From assembly GCA_951406725.2 (NCBI GenBank), contig OX597815.1:197470001-197534000 (forward strand): a stretch of 64,000 bases of DNA, written 5' to 3'. The DNA is from Octopus vulgaris (lineage: Eukaryota). Shown here in pieces: positions 24,766 through 39,800 of this stretch. Within the stretch, counting starts at the first letter, position 1; the number at the start of each line of letters is the position of its first letter. A model generated the notes under the pieces. The model was given only the letters and a program-made list of their open reading frames with translations, had not been told where the DNA came from and made no database searches. Made by a program: the position numbers and the translations under genes.

Positions 24766-25681
24766 GAGGAGGTGTCTTCCCGGAGCTACAAGCTACAGTA
24801 GCATCCACCCTCAACGGTTAGCCACATTTAAGTGGCAAATATACTTCACGATATATAAATTTGTCTATATATATATCTATCTTTATATCTATCTCTATAT
24901 GTATTTGCCGTTATAATAATACACATATAATACTGAATATAATTGATATTCTAGCGTTGGATATGTTTTCACTCTTTTCTTCCCACTCATACAATAGGCA
25001 ATGTTATTCTTCTTCTGCAGTTATTAACGATGGCCAGCTACTGTGATTGTATAACTTTTAGTTTTTATGACAGCTATTGTAGTTTTTGTTTATCTGAAAC
25101 GTTCTCACCCGTTTTTCCTGGATATAATCATGTACCCCAAGTGTATTGCATGCTGTGCATCAATAAGTAGTACAACATTGTTATTTCTGTTTTAAATTAG
25201 TTTTTGGTTCTTCCGTTATTTATGTTGAGTTGATTCCCAATACATATTCCATCTTTGTCTGCAAATATGGAAATAGATTTAGCAGAGGCCGATTACAAAA
25301 TTCTATATATTTAATTGTTTCTCAATGTTTATTCAACTTGGTTATGTAGCATGTTTTGCATATGAAAGAACACACACATAAGCAATATTAGTTGATCAAA
25401 GCTATAAACGTGGCATGGATTTTTCAAATCACCGAAAATTTACTGCTTATTGTTGTGCTTTCGAACTCTTTTAATGTCACATCTTTTAATATATCTGGAA
25501 TATTTTAAAACAAGGATCTCAACCTGTTAATATCTGTTCCTTTTGTGTTGTATACAAATTATCATCTGAATTCTGTTTCCGTTCTAAAGTTATCTCTGAT
25601 TAAGTAGTAATACGTGCAAATGTATTTCGTCTTAGGATCATTTGTCTTTTTTGTCTGAGAATCAAACGCGAAAGCACGAAT

Positions 25682-26544
25682 TGTGTAGGGACTGGGTGAG
25701 AGATAACTGGATATTATTTCTATATTGCATGGGTCTCCATCCTTGGTTTAAAATTCTATGTACGCAGATGCAAGTGAGTGGAGAGAACTTCGTTTATGTT
25801 GTGTGGATGCCCCTCGACGATGAAGTAGGCTAGCCCAATACGTAGATATAGAGGGAGAAGTCTAGACGTCAGAGAGGAGAGAGTAGACTACAATGGGTGG
25901 AATTCAAAGAATTGTCACAAGTAGTGGATTTAGTAGAAATCGAACCACTAATGAAATATTACTAAAAAGTAAATAAGTATGTCAAATCGACAGGAAACAA
26001 AGAAAAGAAAACAGAAAAAGGAGGAAAAACAGGAAAAAGAACGAGTAAGTGTTTTACGTTAGGTTTAATAATATCGGAAAATAGAAGAACAATTTTAAAG
26101 AACATATAACGATTCAAATAATTGTAATGGTAGACGATAATTAATTGTATGTAAACACATGATAAAAACGGACAGTTTAAAAGGATTAATGGTAATGCAT
26201 GTGATGAGGGGCGCATGCAGCCTTTCATAACCCCATTATTGTATAACCACCTCATCATATACGTTATATTGCATTGTCCCCCTTGTGGTATCCCGTCTGT
26301 CCTTATTTGTCCCCGTCTATGTTTGGGCCCTTGTGGCTAATAAAGAAACCGTCGTGAGAGAGTAGACTAGAACAGAGTAGCAGTAGAGAGTCGAAGCTGA
26401 GTAGTAGAGGCATCCGAACGTGCGACATAACAGTGGGGATGAGGTTTTCATAGCTCAAGCAGCCACTGTGTAGTATTGCGATATAACAGTGGCAACGAGG
26501 ATTTCGAAGCTCACACAGCCACTGTGTAGTATTGCGACATAACA
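25682..26544 (+). mobile_element. LTR-like segment (tgt...aca) followed by PBS-like 56-bp tandem units; interrupted by a LINE tail
   Basis: Starts tgtgtag, ends cataaca, followed by tggcaacgaggat-type motifs. Confidence 0.4.
25891..26349 (+). mobile_element. Tx1-like LINE 3' fragment with target-site duplication
   Basis: Ends gcccttgtggctaataaagaaac like 21820-21859; gagagagtagacta is repeated at 25877-25890 and 26356-26369. Confidence 0.65.
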
Positions 26545-27311
26545 GTTTCGAAACTTGTGTTTTGCGAAAAACTAATTAACTTATAGCAATAGAGATTTTC
26601 TGCATAAAACCGTTGCCTGAAAATCTGCATGCTGTCTCTGTATTTCTCTATCATAAATACCTTTACTTCTAGAAGTTATTGTATCGCTCAGTTTAGAGAT
26701 GTATAAACATTAGCAGCAAAAATAAACAGACTACATCTTCAGACTGCTAGGCAGAGAAAGTAAGAATTGAAATAACACCACATTGATAATTGTATAGTAA
26801 ATCGCTTTATGAATTTAAAACTGTGGTTGAAGATAATTTGCATCATAATAAAATCATTTTATTAATCCCAAAATTTCCTTTTCCTTTATTTCTTGAGATG
26901 ATAATATATTTGACCACACTGTGAAAAGACAGATATTGACAGAGATCAAATTGCTGAAAACTAACCACATCGATGTTGCTTGAGAAAGATTTTACACACG
27001 AAATAAAAGATATTTTGCGAATTTAAAAGTTTCGAATGTATTTACATGAAAGCAATGATTTTTGCACAAAGTAGATATTATTGCTACAAAACACACACAC
27101 GCAAACACAGGTAAAAGCAGACGTATATATGTATGAAAAAATACCTGAATATGTATGAACTTCTATACACACACACATATATATATATAATAAAAATGTT
27201 AATAGATAGCTCACATATATATTGATGTTCTTCCTATCAATATATTTGTTTAAACCCAGTTGCCATCAGAATTGTTTTTAACAATCTCCTACTTGGATAT
27301 GACTTCCTCAA

Positions 27312-27350
<39 letters not shown>

Positions 27351-27751
27351 TATACGCATATATACATAAGCCGTTCTGTTTGTATTTTATTAGAATATAT
27401 ATTTTTACCTTCTGCGATTTTATGTATATGTATTATTTTTTAGGTGTTTCTAAACCATGGTGTTTTTATATATGACTAAATGTTTGAAGAGTGGTATTGT
27501 TTGTAAAGTCGATGACCCAAATTTAATGTTTCTTCTATAACCAATGCTTCTTCATATATGTATATATATGTATGTATGTATGTATGTTTGTATGTATGTA
27601 TGTATGTATATATATGTGTGTGTGTGTGTGTGTATATATATGTACAGATATACATATATATAATTATGTATATATTTATATGCTTATACATTTGTATATA
27701 TATGTTTGCATATATTGATGTATATATATATATCTGCCTATCTGTGTATAT

Positions 27752-27942
27752 ACCGGAATAAGAACATAAATGTGAGACAAGGTGGAAAAAAGAATTCTCA
27801 GATACCAGAGGTGGAGTAATATGCTTTATTTAAAAGCAGCAGAAATATAACTAAAGCTGTTACTCCGAGCTTCACGTTCACGTTCACGAAAGGGAACGTG
27901 ACACTCTGAGCTTTTATTATATTTCTGCTGCTTTAAATAAAG

Positions 27943-27945
<3 letters not shown>
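27752..27945. mobile_element. Head-to-head pair of tails of the 8894-type hammerhead repeat
   Basis: gctttatttaaaagcagcagaaatataa / ttatatttctgctgctttaaataaagt; both arms match 8900-8968. Confidence 0.7.
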
Positions 27946-28012
<67 letters not shown>

Positions 28013-28465
28013 CATATATTCATTTATATATATTTATTTATATATATATGGAAATATGTATCAAAGAAAATATTAATCCTCACTTAAATGCGGATATTGT
28101 TTTTGAGCACAAACATTTACGATATTTATCACATATAGAATTATGGTGTCTATAAGCAGTCATATTTATATCGCTAGCGGGGGAATATCTGCTCATTTTC
28201 CCTCGATTTCAATTAATCCCTATCGGTGAAAATTGCTGGTTGTAGTCGTCTTATCGCTGATATTTTAATGTGTTGGTGCCACTTGTAGCATCCTTAACTA
28301 TCACTAATTACTAATTACTAATTTTTTACTAATTACTATTACTAATTTTTCACCATGTGATATTACCTTGATGATTATTTACGCATGCTATACCCTTGAT
28401 ATTATTGTCAACAATAATATCCTTCTATATATGTATGTGTATGTGTGTATGTACGTATATAAAAC

Positions 28466-28502
<37 letters not shown>

Positions 28503-29002
28503 ATAGGGTATATTTAAACACATAAAGACTCCACTTATAGGGATTTTACTCGCTAGAAAAAACAGCTTAGTTCTATGACCACAAAAAATTCGGGATAAAA
28601 TTCGACAGGAATAAATTTGGATATGAAAATTATTTACTATGTAGTTTCCTGGACCATTTGGTTTCTAATCATCTTTTAGCGAACCAGTGGCCGAAAAGAC
28701 ACTGAGGTTTGCTTGATATGCGGGGCCTAACCTCCCTCACTCATGATGTCCATTGCTTGAAATCTCTTGATATGGCAGTTTCTGCGCCCATGATAGACAA
28801 TTACCATCTTCTACGATCCATTTGTATGCTTTTATAGACAATACCCCTTTATGAGAGTTTCTATTGTGGCTCATATCGCAGTGTAAGGCGATTTAAACAG
28901 GCATATACGTTAAGCTAAACGTAATGTTTGCCTTTAGGTAGTAATATAGTTACCTTGTTTATCTATCTGTCTGTCTTCTATCTGTTTGTACACACAGACA
29001 CT

Positions 29003-29079
<77 letters not shown>

Positions 29080-29102
29080 ATATATATATACATATATATA
29101 TA

Positions 29103-29179
<77 letters not shown>

Positions 29180-29324
29180 ATATACGTAAATACATGTATA
29201 TATGGATAGTGTACAAACATATGTAGTAATTCGCTGAAACATAAATTCATTTTATTTTATTTTTGAGATATTCATGTGTATCTCTCTCTATCTCTATCTC
29301 TCTCTATATATATATATACACATA

Positions 29325-29510
29325 CACGCATTTTTTTTCTCTCCTTCTTTCTGTGTTTTTTTTCTCTCTGTGTATCTTTCTGTTGAAGAGCGTAGGCTCG
29401 AAACGTTAAAGACTTGTTTTATTTATATTTCCTGAGCGCCATACTAATACAATTGTTTGTTTGTTTTCCACCTGCCTTCGTCTTTTGTCTATTTTCATAA
29501 AGCTCCCCAC
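29325..29510 (+). mobile_element. Penelope-like 3' tail with minimal hammerhead (CUGUNGA family)
   Basis: Aligns with 63030-63210 and with the tail of the GIY-YIG element at 48818-48930. Confidence 0.7.
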
Positions 29511-31206
29511 ATACATACATACATACATGCATACATAGATATACACACATACGCACATATTAAATGAAGTTGTTTGCAGATTATTCAAAATTTGTGATAA
29601 TTGTTATAAAAACTCACTCTGACATGCATACATTCGATAAATGAAATGTTAATTCAATAGAAACCTTTGCGGAGAAGTATTATCAACTAAATAAAGCTAT
29701 TAATCCCTGGCTTAGAACAGTAAAATTCATTGCTAAAACATCTGAATTCTTCTCATTAGATAAGAAGTAAAAAGGAACATTAGTTGAAATTATCTGGGAA
29801 GTAAATTACGAAATGTGTTATTTCTCACATAATGGCTCTATATAGTGTTGCATATATTGAATCATTTGAAACTATATATATATCACATATAATTAATCTC
29901 CAGCACGCAATATAACAATTGCGTGATATATTCATGATACGTAAATATTTGTATTTTTACTGAGTAATGTTAATAATTATACATTTTGATATTAATTTGT
30001 AAGTAGAATCTTATCAATCATTCAATTAATATGCTGTCTTCTTTATGTAAATAATGCTATACTATATATGCCTCACACATGCTGTTTCTGTTTACTAAAA
30101 TGCGAAGAAACAGGAACATGGTCAATATATTTTCAACAGCAATGCAATGATGTTTACAATTAATGTAAGTCATTGCATGTCTCATCTCTATGACAATGTA
30201 AGTTATCATTCTTATTTTTCGTTATTGTTTGTAATTATAAAGCCACACAGCCACACATCCAACATATATGAGGAGTGGTTGATGATTTATAGTCCTAACA
30301 TCTGAGCCAGTGTGCTAATCTTTCATAGTATGATCAAATTATTGGAGGAATACTAGATTGTGATACAGCAAATGAGAAAAGCTGTTACTCGCTAAACACC
30401 TTCGAGGTAGCAAATGCACAATAAAAATAATAAACAGTATATAAGTGATACTTCGATTTGTTATTTCAATCAACAATGTGGAATTGAATGTGCAAAAATG
30501 CGTGTAGATAAATGTCACACTATATATTTTCTTACCACAGTAATATCAATTTATATTTAAATTCGTTATAAATAGAATTATTAATTCGGGTCCGAAAATA
30601 AAGCGAGAACACCATATATTTATCGTAGGTTATTTGAAATATATAGAAAATCGTCGATAAATCATGTGCTTGAAGATTAAATTCAGCATGACAATTGATA
30701 TAGCTTATCTTCATGTGTTTCTCTGGAAGGGGATAAAATATGACATATCATAATCATATCATACCATATCATATCATAACATGCCATATTATATCATATT
30801 GTATCATAGCATATCACATACACACACACGGTAAAATGCATTTGATGGCAAAAGTAAATTTGATGAAACAAGCGGACTGCAATAGTACTTTGCGAAAGTA
30901 CGAATTTGAGTAATGTGACGTATTAAGTAATGCAAACGAACCCGTGTTCTGAATAAAGATGCTGTACAAACATGTACCAGTCCACTGAAACATCCATTCG
31001 TTTTACATTTGATATTCATGTGTATCTCTCTCAGCTTCTCTCTCGCCTCTCTTCTCCCCCTCCCTCACCTATCTTCTCCCTCTCTCTCTCCCTACATCTC
31101 CATTCTTCTCCTTCTCTCTCTCTCTCTCATTTCCTCTCCTTCTCTCTCTCCCTCTCTCTCCCTCTCTCTCCATGTATATATCTGTCTATCTATTTATTTA
31201 TCTATG

Positions 31207-32745
31207 TTAGGTCGTCAAGTATGAAATTTGTAGATAAGAAAACAAAGTTTGCTAATGCTTTGTATATAAAAGGAATAGTTTTATTCACCAAAGTATGCAC
31301 CCTTATTGTCAATACACCTTTAACATAGAACTGTAGACGCTTGGCAATCTAGAGTCAATAAAATAATGGAAGGCCTGTTTTACAGCATCGTTGGAATTAA
31401 ATTTTTTCAGATCAAAAAGGTATCTAAATTCTGGAAGAAGTGGTTGTCAGTTAGGACAAGATCCAGTGAATAAGGTAGTTGATGGAGAACTTCCAACTCC
31501 AGCTCCAATGCTAACTCCTGCAGTTTCGCCAATCTCATTTTTGCAACGTGAGGTATGGCGTTGTCTTGCAATAGTATACGAGTGAATCGGTTGACTAATC
31601 TAGGCTGTTTATGTACATTTCTGCGTCATTTGTTCCAGTTGGACGCAGTATACTTCGGCCGTGATTAATGAGCCAGGTTTAATGAAATCATAAAGGACCA
31701 CACCTATGCCAGACCACAAAATACACACTATCAATTTATTTTGATGGATTTTCCTTTTTGGACGGACTTGTGTTGGCTCGTCTTTGTCCAACCATTCTGC
31801 TGAATGTTTACAGTTGTTGTATTGGATCCATTTCTCATCACGTGGCAATTCGATTCAAAGATGGTTAATTTTTATGATGAGAAAGTAGCAATTCTTTTCC
31901 TCAACAGGCTCTGCCCTATTTAACATCGTCCCGAGGGTGATCAAAGAGGAAAAGGATCCCATCAACTTTAAACGGAGTCTGGATAGATTCCTTCAAAGAA
32001 TACCAGATAAGCCACCCATAATTGGATACAACTCACCCAACAAGAACTCACTACTTGAATGGACCATAAACAAAACTTGACTTAAACGGGATTCGAATAA
32101 TCCTATCAGGGGGTGCTATTAAGATAGACATGGCCTGGACCAATCTTTGGTCGAAACATATCTAAGTTTTATCTAAGTTTTAATGCAACCTTCCAAATGT
32201 TGCTGCTTTTGATTTTCATTGAGTTCATGTGGAATCCACTTATCGAACATTTTCGCTTTACCGATTTGAACTAGTTGAATCTATATTGCTTGCTTTCTAA
32301 CACAAACAACAACGTTAATTCATTTTGAAATGGATCTGTTACGACGGTAGCTTTCAGTTCGACATTATCCGCCTTTGTTTCTGGTCGACCGCGTGAGGTC
32401 AAAGTTACCAGACTTAAAATTTGCAAAACAATTTGATACTGTCTGCTGTGTAATAACATTAAAATGAAATATTCCATTAATATTCCGAGCTGTCTGTGAT
32501 GCTGTATTTCCAAGAAAGAACTCATATTTCTCAAGCTGTAGAATTTCAGGCTTATCCATCTCTAAACAAAAATAGCAAACGTGATATATAAATACTTTAT
32601 AAAGCGCAATATTAGAATAGAGAAAGCGATGTGTCAGGGTTCTAACAAGAAATATAGATTGTCAATATGTAATAATTGCACAAATTGAGCAGCTTTCAAA
32701 GTTTACCATATTATCTTACTACAAGTTTCATACTTGACGACCTAA
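31207..32745 (-). mobile_element. Near-full-length degraded mariner
   Basis: TIRs ttaggtcgtcaagtatgaaatttgtag / ctacaagtttcatacttgacgacctaa; motifs WIPHEL and DEKWIQYNN; multiple stops and frameshifts. Confidence 0.92.
31890..32181 (+). mobile_element. CR1-like LINE family 2 3' end inserted in the mariner
   Basis: FKRSLDRFLQRIPDKPP...NSLLEW*, (atctaagtttt)2 tail; mariner coding sequence resumes on both sides. Confidence 0.88.
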
Positions 32746-32865
32746 TACATACATATATATATATATAAATACACACACGCACACACACACGTACACACAC
32801 ACGCACGCACACACACACACGCGCACACACACAAACACACATACACACATATATATATATATATA

Positions 32866-33225
32866 AATTCAGCAAAAACAATTAAGATTCAAGCTAATTC
32901 CAATGAATTCAAATGAATATGGTACTTAACTTAGATGCACCAGAATTCTTTATGGTATTAACCATAAAATAATGTGGGGTGATTATAACCAAGAAAAAAG
33001 CAACAAGAATGGATTAGTAGTTTAGTACAATTGTTTCATACTAAGAGCAATTTTATTTGAAGCTGCAAATATTGCAGCAAATACAAATGTCCAGTATTCA
33101 TCAGCTAAATCACATATATGTTATCCAGACATGCTAGAGGGTTTGATTATCCTCATGAAGTATTAGGAGTGAGTTCTATGAAATTTTCAGTCAAATTATA
33201 AGCAGACTTAAAATGCTTTCTAATG
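32866..33225 (-). mobile_element. Second copy of the 3455-4098 hammerhead-bearing repeat
   Basis: Shared blocks atccattcttgttgct, tataatcaccccacatta, tggtgcatctaagtta; 3' end abuts (TA)n. Confidence 0.8.
33021..33109 (-). ncRNA. Type I hammerhead ribozyme with extended stem II
   Basis: tttag-CTGATGA-atact...gctgcaa tat ttgcagc...agtat-GAAA-caattg-TA-ctaaa; all core residues intact. Confidence 0.8.
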
Positions 33226-33874
33226 ATGCACAGTTTTATATGTACATATACATGCACAAACACGGAAACACATACATATATATACATACACGCACATACA
33301 TATGTAAGTTGCACTTTCAGTTATCATCGGCATCAAGTCAATAGGAAAATGCATGAATATCTCAACTTCTCTGTTTCTATGCAAGAAAGAATTGGCTATA
33401 CAATTATATCATGGTTTACAGCAGCGTATTTTCTTTGCTAATATTGATAATCTTCACATTCTCCTATATATCTTAAATATTTTACTATATCACAAGAAAA
33501 AAACAAACAAAGCATAAAATTTCAGTTTATAAACTTGTTTGTAGCGAGAATTGTAAAGAACAGTTGGGCAATGAACCAAATACGGCAGAGCTTTCTTGAA
33601 AACTGCCAAATATAAGTTGGAATTTTCCGTAAACATGTAATGTTTTGTATAGATGTTTAAGCAATTAATTGTCTGTGATTTCACCGGATGTTTTGGCAAA
33701 GGTTTCAGCTAGTTTTCTTTTTCTCATTATTTTTTATTACGCCAAGACGTTTAAATGCAACGTTTTCCATAATGTTCTTCCCCATATAATATATATATAT
33801 ATATGTGTGTCACTTTGTGAGTGCAACTCACATTCTTTCCTTTCCTGTATACATACATACATACATATATATAC

Positions 33875-33940
<66 letters not shown>

Positions 33941-34199
33941 CTACAAACGCATATGCGTTTAATAGTATACAGTTACGGCTATATCTGTTTGTGTCTGTGT
34001 GACTGATTACTGTCAAGATTTTCGATGTTATGGAAGGCAAATGAAATGAATATTCCTACAACTGTGCTGTGTCTATTAATTCCTACTCTTTAGTCAAAGT
34101 TGTTTAAACGCATGTGTTACACAAACTCGTATTATTTTATATTATAAGGACATTTTCGTTATTACTCTTTATATCCAAGTGCATGTGGTTTGTCATCCC

Positions 34200-34334
34200 T
34201 TCATCGTCGTCATCGTCATCGTCGTCGTCGTCGTCATCATCATCATCATTATCATCATCATCACCATCATCATCCTCATCGTCGTCGTCATCATCATCAT
34301 CATCATCCTCATCGTCGTCGTCGTCATCATCATC

Positions 34335-34378
<44 letters not shown>

Positions 34379-34624
34379 GTCATCGTCATCATCATCATCA
34401 TCATCATGTCATGGTCATCATCATCATGTCATCGTCATCATCATCATGTCATCGTCATCATGTCATCGTCATCATCATCATCATCATTATGATCATCATC
34501 ATCAACATCAACATCATCATCATAATCAGCAGCAGCAGTATAATAGCAATAATAATAACAACAGCAGCAACAATAATAATAACTATTATTATTATTATTG
34601 TTGTTATTACTATTATTATTATTA
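34200..34624. repeat. (TCA/TCG)n, (AAT)n and (TAT)n triplet array
   Basis: Direct inspection. Confidence 0.95.
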
Positions 34625-35198
34625 ACACAACTGTAAGAACAATGCTGTTTACAAGCTGAACATTAGTAATACAGTGAAGAACAGTCTTTCGTTCACAAGC
34701 GCTGTCGAGGGATGGAACAAACATTCCACTGAAGTCTAAACATGATTTCTTTGAAGACTCTACATGCAGCATTGTGCAAAGCACATTGTAACTATGATTC
34801 TAGTTTAAACTTTCTGACACTACACAAACACACACACACACAAACATACATACACACACACACACACAAACGCACACATACACTCACACACATATTTGTA
34901 TGTAGGGATGGTCATTTTACTTGAATGGAATACACAGAACCAGAGCAGTCACGGAGACGGAAAGTGTAGCTGTGGGGATCACAGATGTGAGACAAAAGAT
35001 TTCTGGACAATGGTCATGAGTTAGAATAAGAACAGTAATAAACGAGTGAAGAACAAATACATAGTGTGTGTAATTATTTGGCAAATAAGAAGGAAAAATC
35101 ACCATCCCGAAATACAGCAATATTTGTTTCAACACACGACTTCAGAACAGGTATCATGCAGCATAAATTCATAAATGTGTTTGTGTGTATATATATAT

Positions 35199-35299
<101 letters not shown>

Positions 35300-35319
35300 A
35301 TGTGTGGAATACTCAGTAT

Positions 35320-35509
35320 ACTCTTTTACACTTTTACTTCGTTCAGTCATTTGACAGCGGCCATACCGGAGCACCGCCTGTAGTCGAGTAAATCGACCCC
35401 AGGACTTATTCTTTGTAAGCCTAGTACTTATTCTATCGGTCTCTTTTGCCGAACGGCTAAGTTACGGGGACATAAACACACCGGTTGTCCAGCGATGCTG
35501 GGGAGACAA
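35320..35509 (-). mobile_element. SINE family A, 3' half only
   Basis: Aligns with 53625-53827. Confidence 0.85.
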
Positions 35510-37512
35510 TCTTTCGGAGAATTAATTTACTTTGCTCATACTGTTTCTGTAATGGAAGATATCTACGTAATTGAATTAAAGTTCTTTAATAAGATAACGT
35601 CGAAATCAAGTGATTCTGTTGATATTTCAATGTTTAAACTTAAATATCACAATAGTTTTGTTGATGTTTTTGTTTGATTATTCGCGTTCATTGTTCATTA
35701 TTTCCCTTGAAGTGTATAAGCATCTTCAAACACCAATGAAGACGAAATTTTGTTTTAAAATTTGCTAACTATTGAAATTGTTTTTAGAGAGAAAATTTCT
35801 ATTAATTTATAAATGCGTAGGAATTATTCTACTTTTTATTTTTTTCCCACTCCACTGGATTAAAGTAATTATTAAATTCATTTGATTTGAAAGGAAATAT
35901 GAATTAACGTAAAAACAATAGAGATTGGTGCTAAAGAAGTATTAAAGTAAATTTTGCGTTTCTTTTCTTTACGAATTAAGAAACACGATTAGTTCACTAA
36001 ACACACAATTACACAGTATTTAATAGAATAATTACCAAGTGAACTGTAAATTGAAGGTTACATTGAATTATGACGTCTTAGTGCAAATTTCTTGAACGTG
36101 TGTTTTCAGTTCTAGCGTATAATTTCTTCGTGATGTCCACAAGTATAATAATGAATATTCAATTATTCTATTTATCTTGTTCTATACTTGAATGCCTAAT
36201 GCCTAATGAAGAGTGTCGATTAAAAACAAAACAACATGAAAAATACATATGTTAGCTGCGTGTACAGAGTAACCGTATACTTGTTTGATACGAAGAAGTA
36301 AATGATTTCTTACACTGTAAAAACAAATGAATTAATAATGAATATTTTTTTGTGTAGATTTGTTTAGATCAATTCATAAAAATGGTTTACGATATTTGGA
36401 GAGGCTTCAAAATATACAGTGATTTCAATATATAATAAAACATATGGAACAAAGATGGCGTATAAACTAAAAAAAAAATGATTATATATTCGTCACCGGA
36501 ATGTAAGTGCGAACCTATTGATTGATATTTACCTTCATGCATACACTGCTTGATTAGAATATTGTGTATTGAAATAAAGAACTGTTCCATAATTTAATAT
36601 ACATTGATTCGTCGTCAGTAACTACAGTTAAAATAAAATCTAATAGAAACCTTACTACATTATTAAGTCATATACATTGACAGCAGCAATGCCTTTGAGA
36701 CACAGACATTAAATTGGTTTAAATAAAGCGAAAAATTAGGGTATTTATTGCTAGTTTATTTTCAATATAAAATCTCATTCAATATACAGATTCACAGGGT
36801 TGAAAAGTGGCGGAAATAAATCTGATTAGAATTTTAAAAAACGTTTTGCTTGATATATTAACATTGGTTCCCGCATGCCAGTTGAATTCTAACGAATTAC
36901 AGCAGCGAAATTTTCATTTCGCATGATTGAAATCGAAGGATGACAGAACGATATTATAGTAAAGACATGGATATCGTTCATTGAGATTTTACTTATGTGA
37001 GACGATGTTAGTGCATGTTTCTGTCTCCTTTCAAAGTGCTGCTTGAAAGTACTGTGTTAAAAACAAGAATCAATTATTTAGAGCAGTGAATTACAGATCG
37101 CACCTATAGAGAAATTTAAGTATCAATAAATTATACAAGGATAACTAATGTATGTAAAAGGCAAACGGCTTATGATAACCAGGGTAAGGGAAAGATAATA
37201 CAGAGGCGAAACTCATAAAAGTAGACAACCGGAAAGCCGGAGCGAAATGAGTTTAAATAACAGAAAAAATAGATGAATGTATACCCAACAAATACAAACT
37301 TAAGTTGAGCAATTTCACCATCACTGCTGGATGTTTTTCATCTACTCCTGATGCACTTCTTGACATTTGTGCACTATATGACCTTCTCATTTGCTTTTAT
37401 AAGACAGATACTGTCGTATTAAGCTTCAACAGTACACCCGCGGTATGTAAGAAGTGTATATATATGTAGATGTAAAAGTGTATATTACATATATATGCAT
37501 ATATATATACAT

Positions 37513-37559
<47 letters not shown>

Positions 37560-37766
37560 GTATTTTATTACTTTTACTCGTGTATATGAGTTAAAGTAAT
37601 AAAATAAGAACAATAATAAACAAATGAAGTAAAACATTTAGTGCGTGTGCTTGTTTGCATGAAAAAAAACACAATGACCACACCGAAATGCAACATTATC
37701 TGTTTCAGTACACAATTTCACATCAGAAATCTTTCAAAACGAATTCATTAACACATGTATGTATGC

Positions 37767-38390
<624 letters not shown>

Positions 38391-39800
38391 TAAAAGTTCA
38401 GGATTCAAATGAATCAGGTCCTTAAATATTAAAGCACCAAGGCCGGGTTAATGAAATCGCTTTCGGTTACAAAGAAAGATTAAAGAAACATATACGTACA
38501 TACCGAAGTAAAGACAGATATATATTGCGGTTGCCTATTCATTCACAAGAGTTCGGCAGAATATACGGCGAGTCTCGAGGCTGCACCTAGGTACAGTCAC
38601 TGCACCAGTTGTACTGCACTCAATAGACCCCAGATCCAAAGTAATTGCAGGTTCCGTGTACGGTGAATTATAGATAAAGAACAAGAGATGGATACTGGTT
38701 CACTCACTACAGCTACGGCAGACATTTTTTATTGATGAATAGTGTTATTACATCATGTGAAAAAATCGTTTTCATCAGGTGAATATATGCACGAATTAAA
38801 TATTCAGAAAAACTTTCCAGGAATTCAAGTATGTGCCATTTCATGATTCCGTGGTGAACTTTAATATATATATTTACTGAATTTTAAATAAAAATGTATT
38901 ATTAATGCATGTCAAAAGTTGTGGAATCACTGAACAGATTTCTGTATCGTAACATTTACTTTACAAGGGAACGGTTGATAGTAATATCGAAGTTATGTCA
39001 ATTTGTGAAGCTGCTAGCTTCCATCGCAAAACTAACAAATGGAGAACAACGAAAATGTATATATATATGTGTGTGTGTGCGTGTGTGTGTGCGTGTGTGT
39101 GTGCGTGTTTGTGTGCGTTTTTGTATGTGTGTATGTACGTGTCTATATGTGTGTATACAGACACACACATATGCGTGCGTGCTCACACACACACGCACTC
39201 AGACACATATATGTAATCAAAACGATTGATATAAAAAAGTATCATAAATATATCATACAATTGCTCTACTCTTCCGTCGGTGAGTGCTACTCGAAGACGC
39301 GCCCGATCTCCTACTCAAACTTTTACATAAAATATTTATCTATACATGCAACTTTCATAAATTAAGTTAGTAATGGGGGGAAATATCCAACACTGAGATC
39401 ATTATGCAATCATATTTGGTTGGTCCATTTTCAAGGTACACAATATTTCAGGTTGCCATACTCGATATCTAAATGGCAACGTTACATTATTTCCTTCTGC
39501 TATGCATGGTATATCTGAAGTAGTTATATTGTCTTCATAATATACCGAGTATTGTCGCTTCTATTATCCCCTATATTATATACGGCATTAATGCCTACTA
39601 AATCATTTTCCCTTCTGTTTGGTATGGTAATTCTAATCTGCATTTCTTTTCCCTATGCAATTTATTACAAGTTTTAAGGAGTAATTTTGTTGGGTACAGG
39701 GACCTTTTTTCTTTATCACAATAAAAGAGCGGTCTCCTAAATGAGAATTTGTTTACTCAGAAACACATTGAAAAGTATACAAAATTATGTACAGTATATA

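Noticed and set aside
26421-26544. CRISPR-like repeat-spacer appearance
   Set aside because: The spacers are similar to each other, there are only ~2.3 units, no cas genes, and the context is eukaryotic.
28640-28920. Possible decayed GIY-YIG fragment on the minus strand
   Set aside because: Similarity too weak to support.
34114-34659. Poly-Ser/His/Ile ORFs
   Set aside because: Triplet microsatellite.
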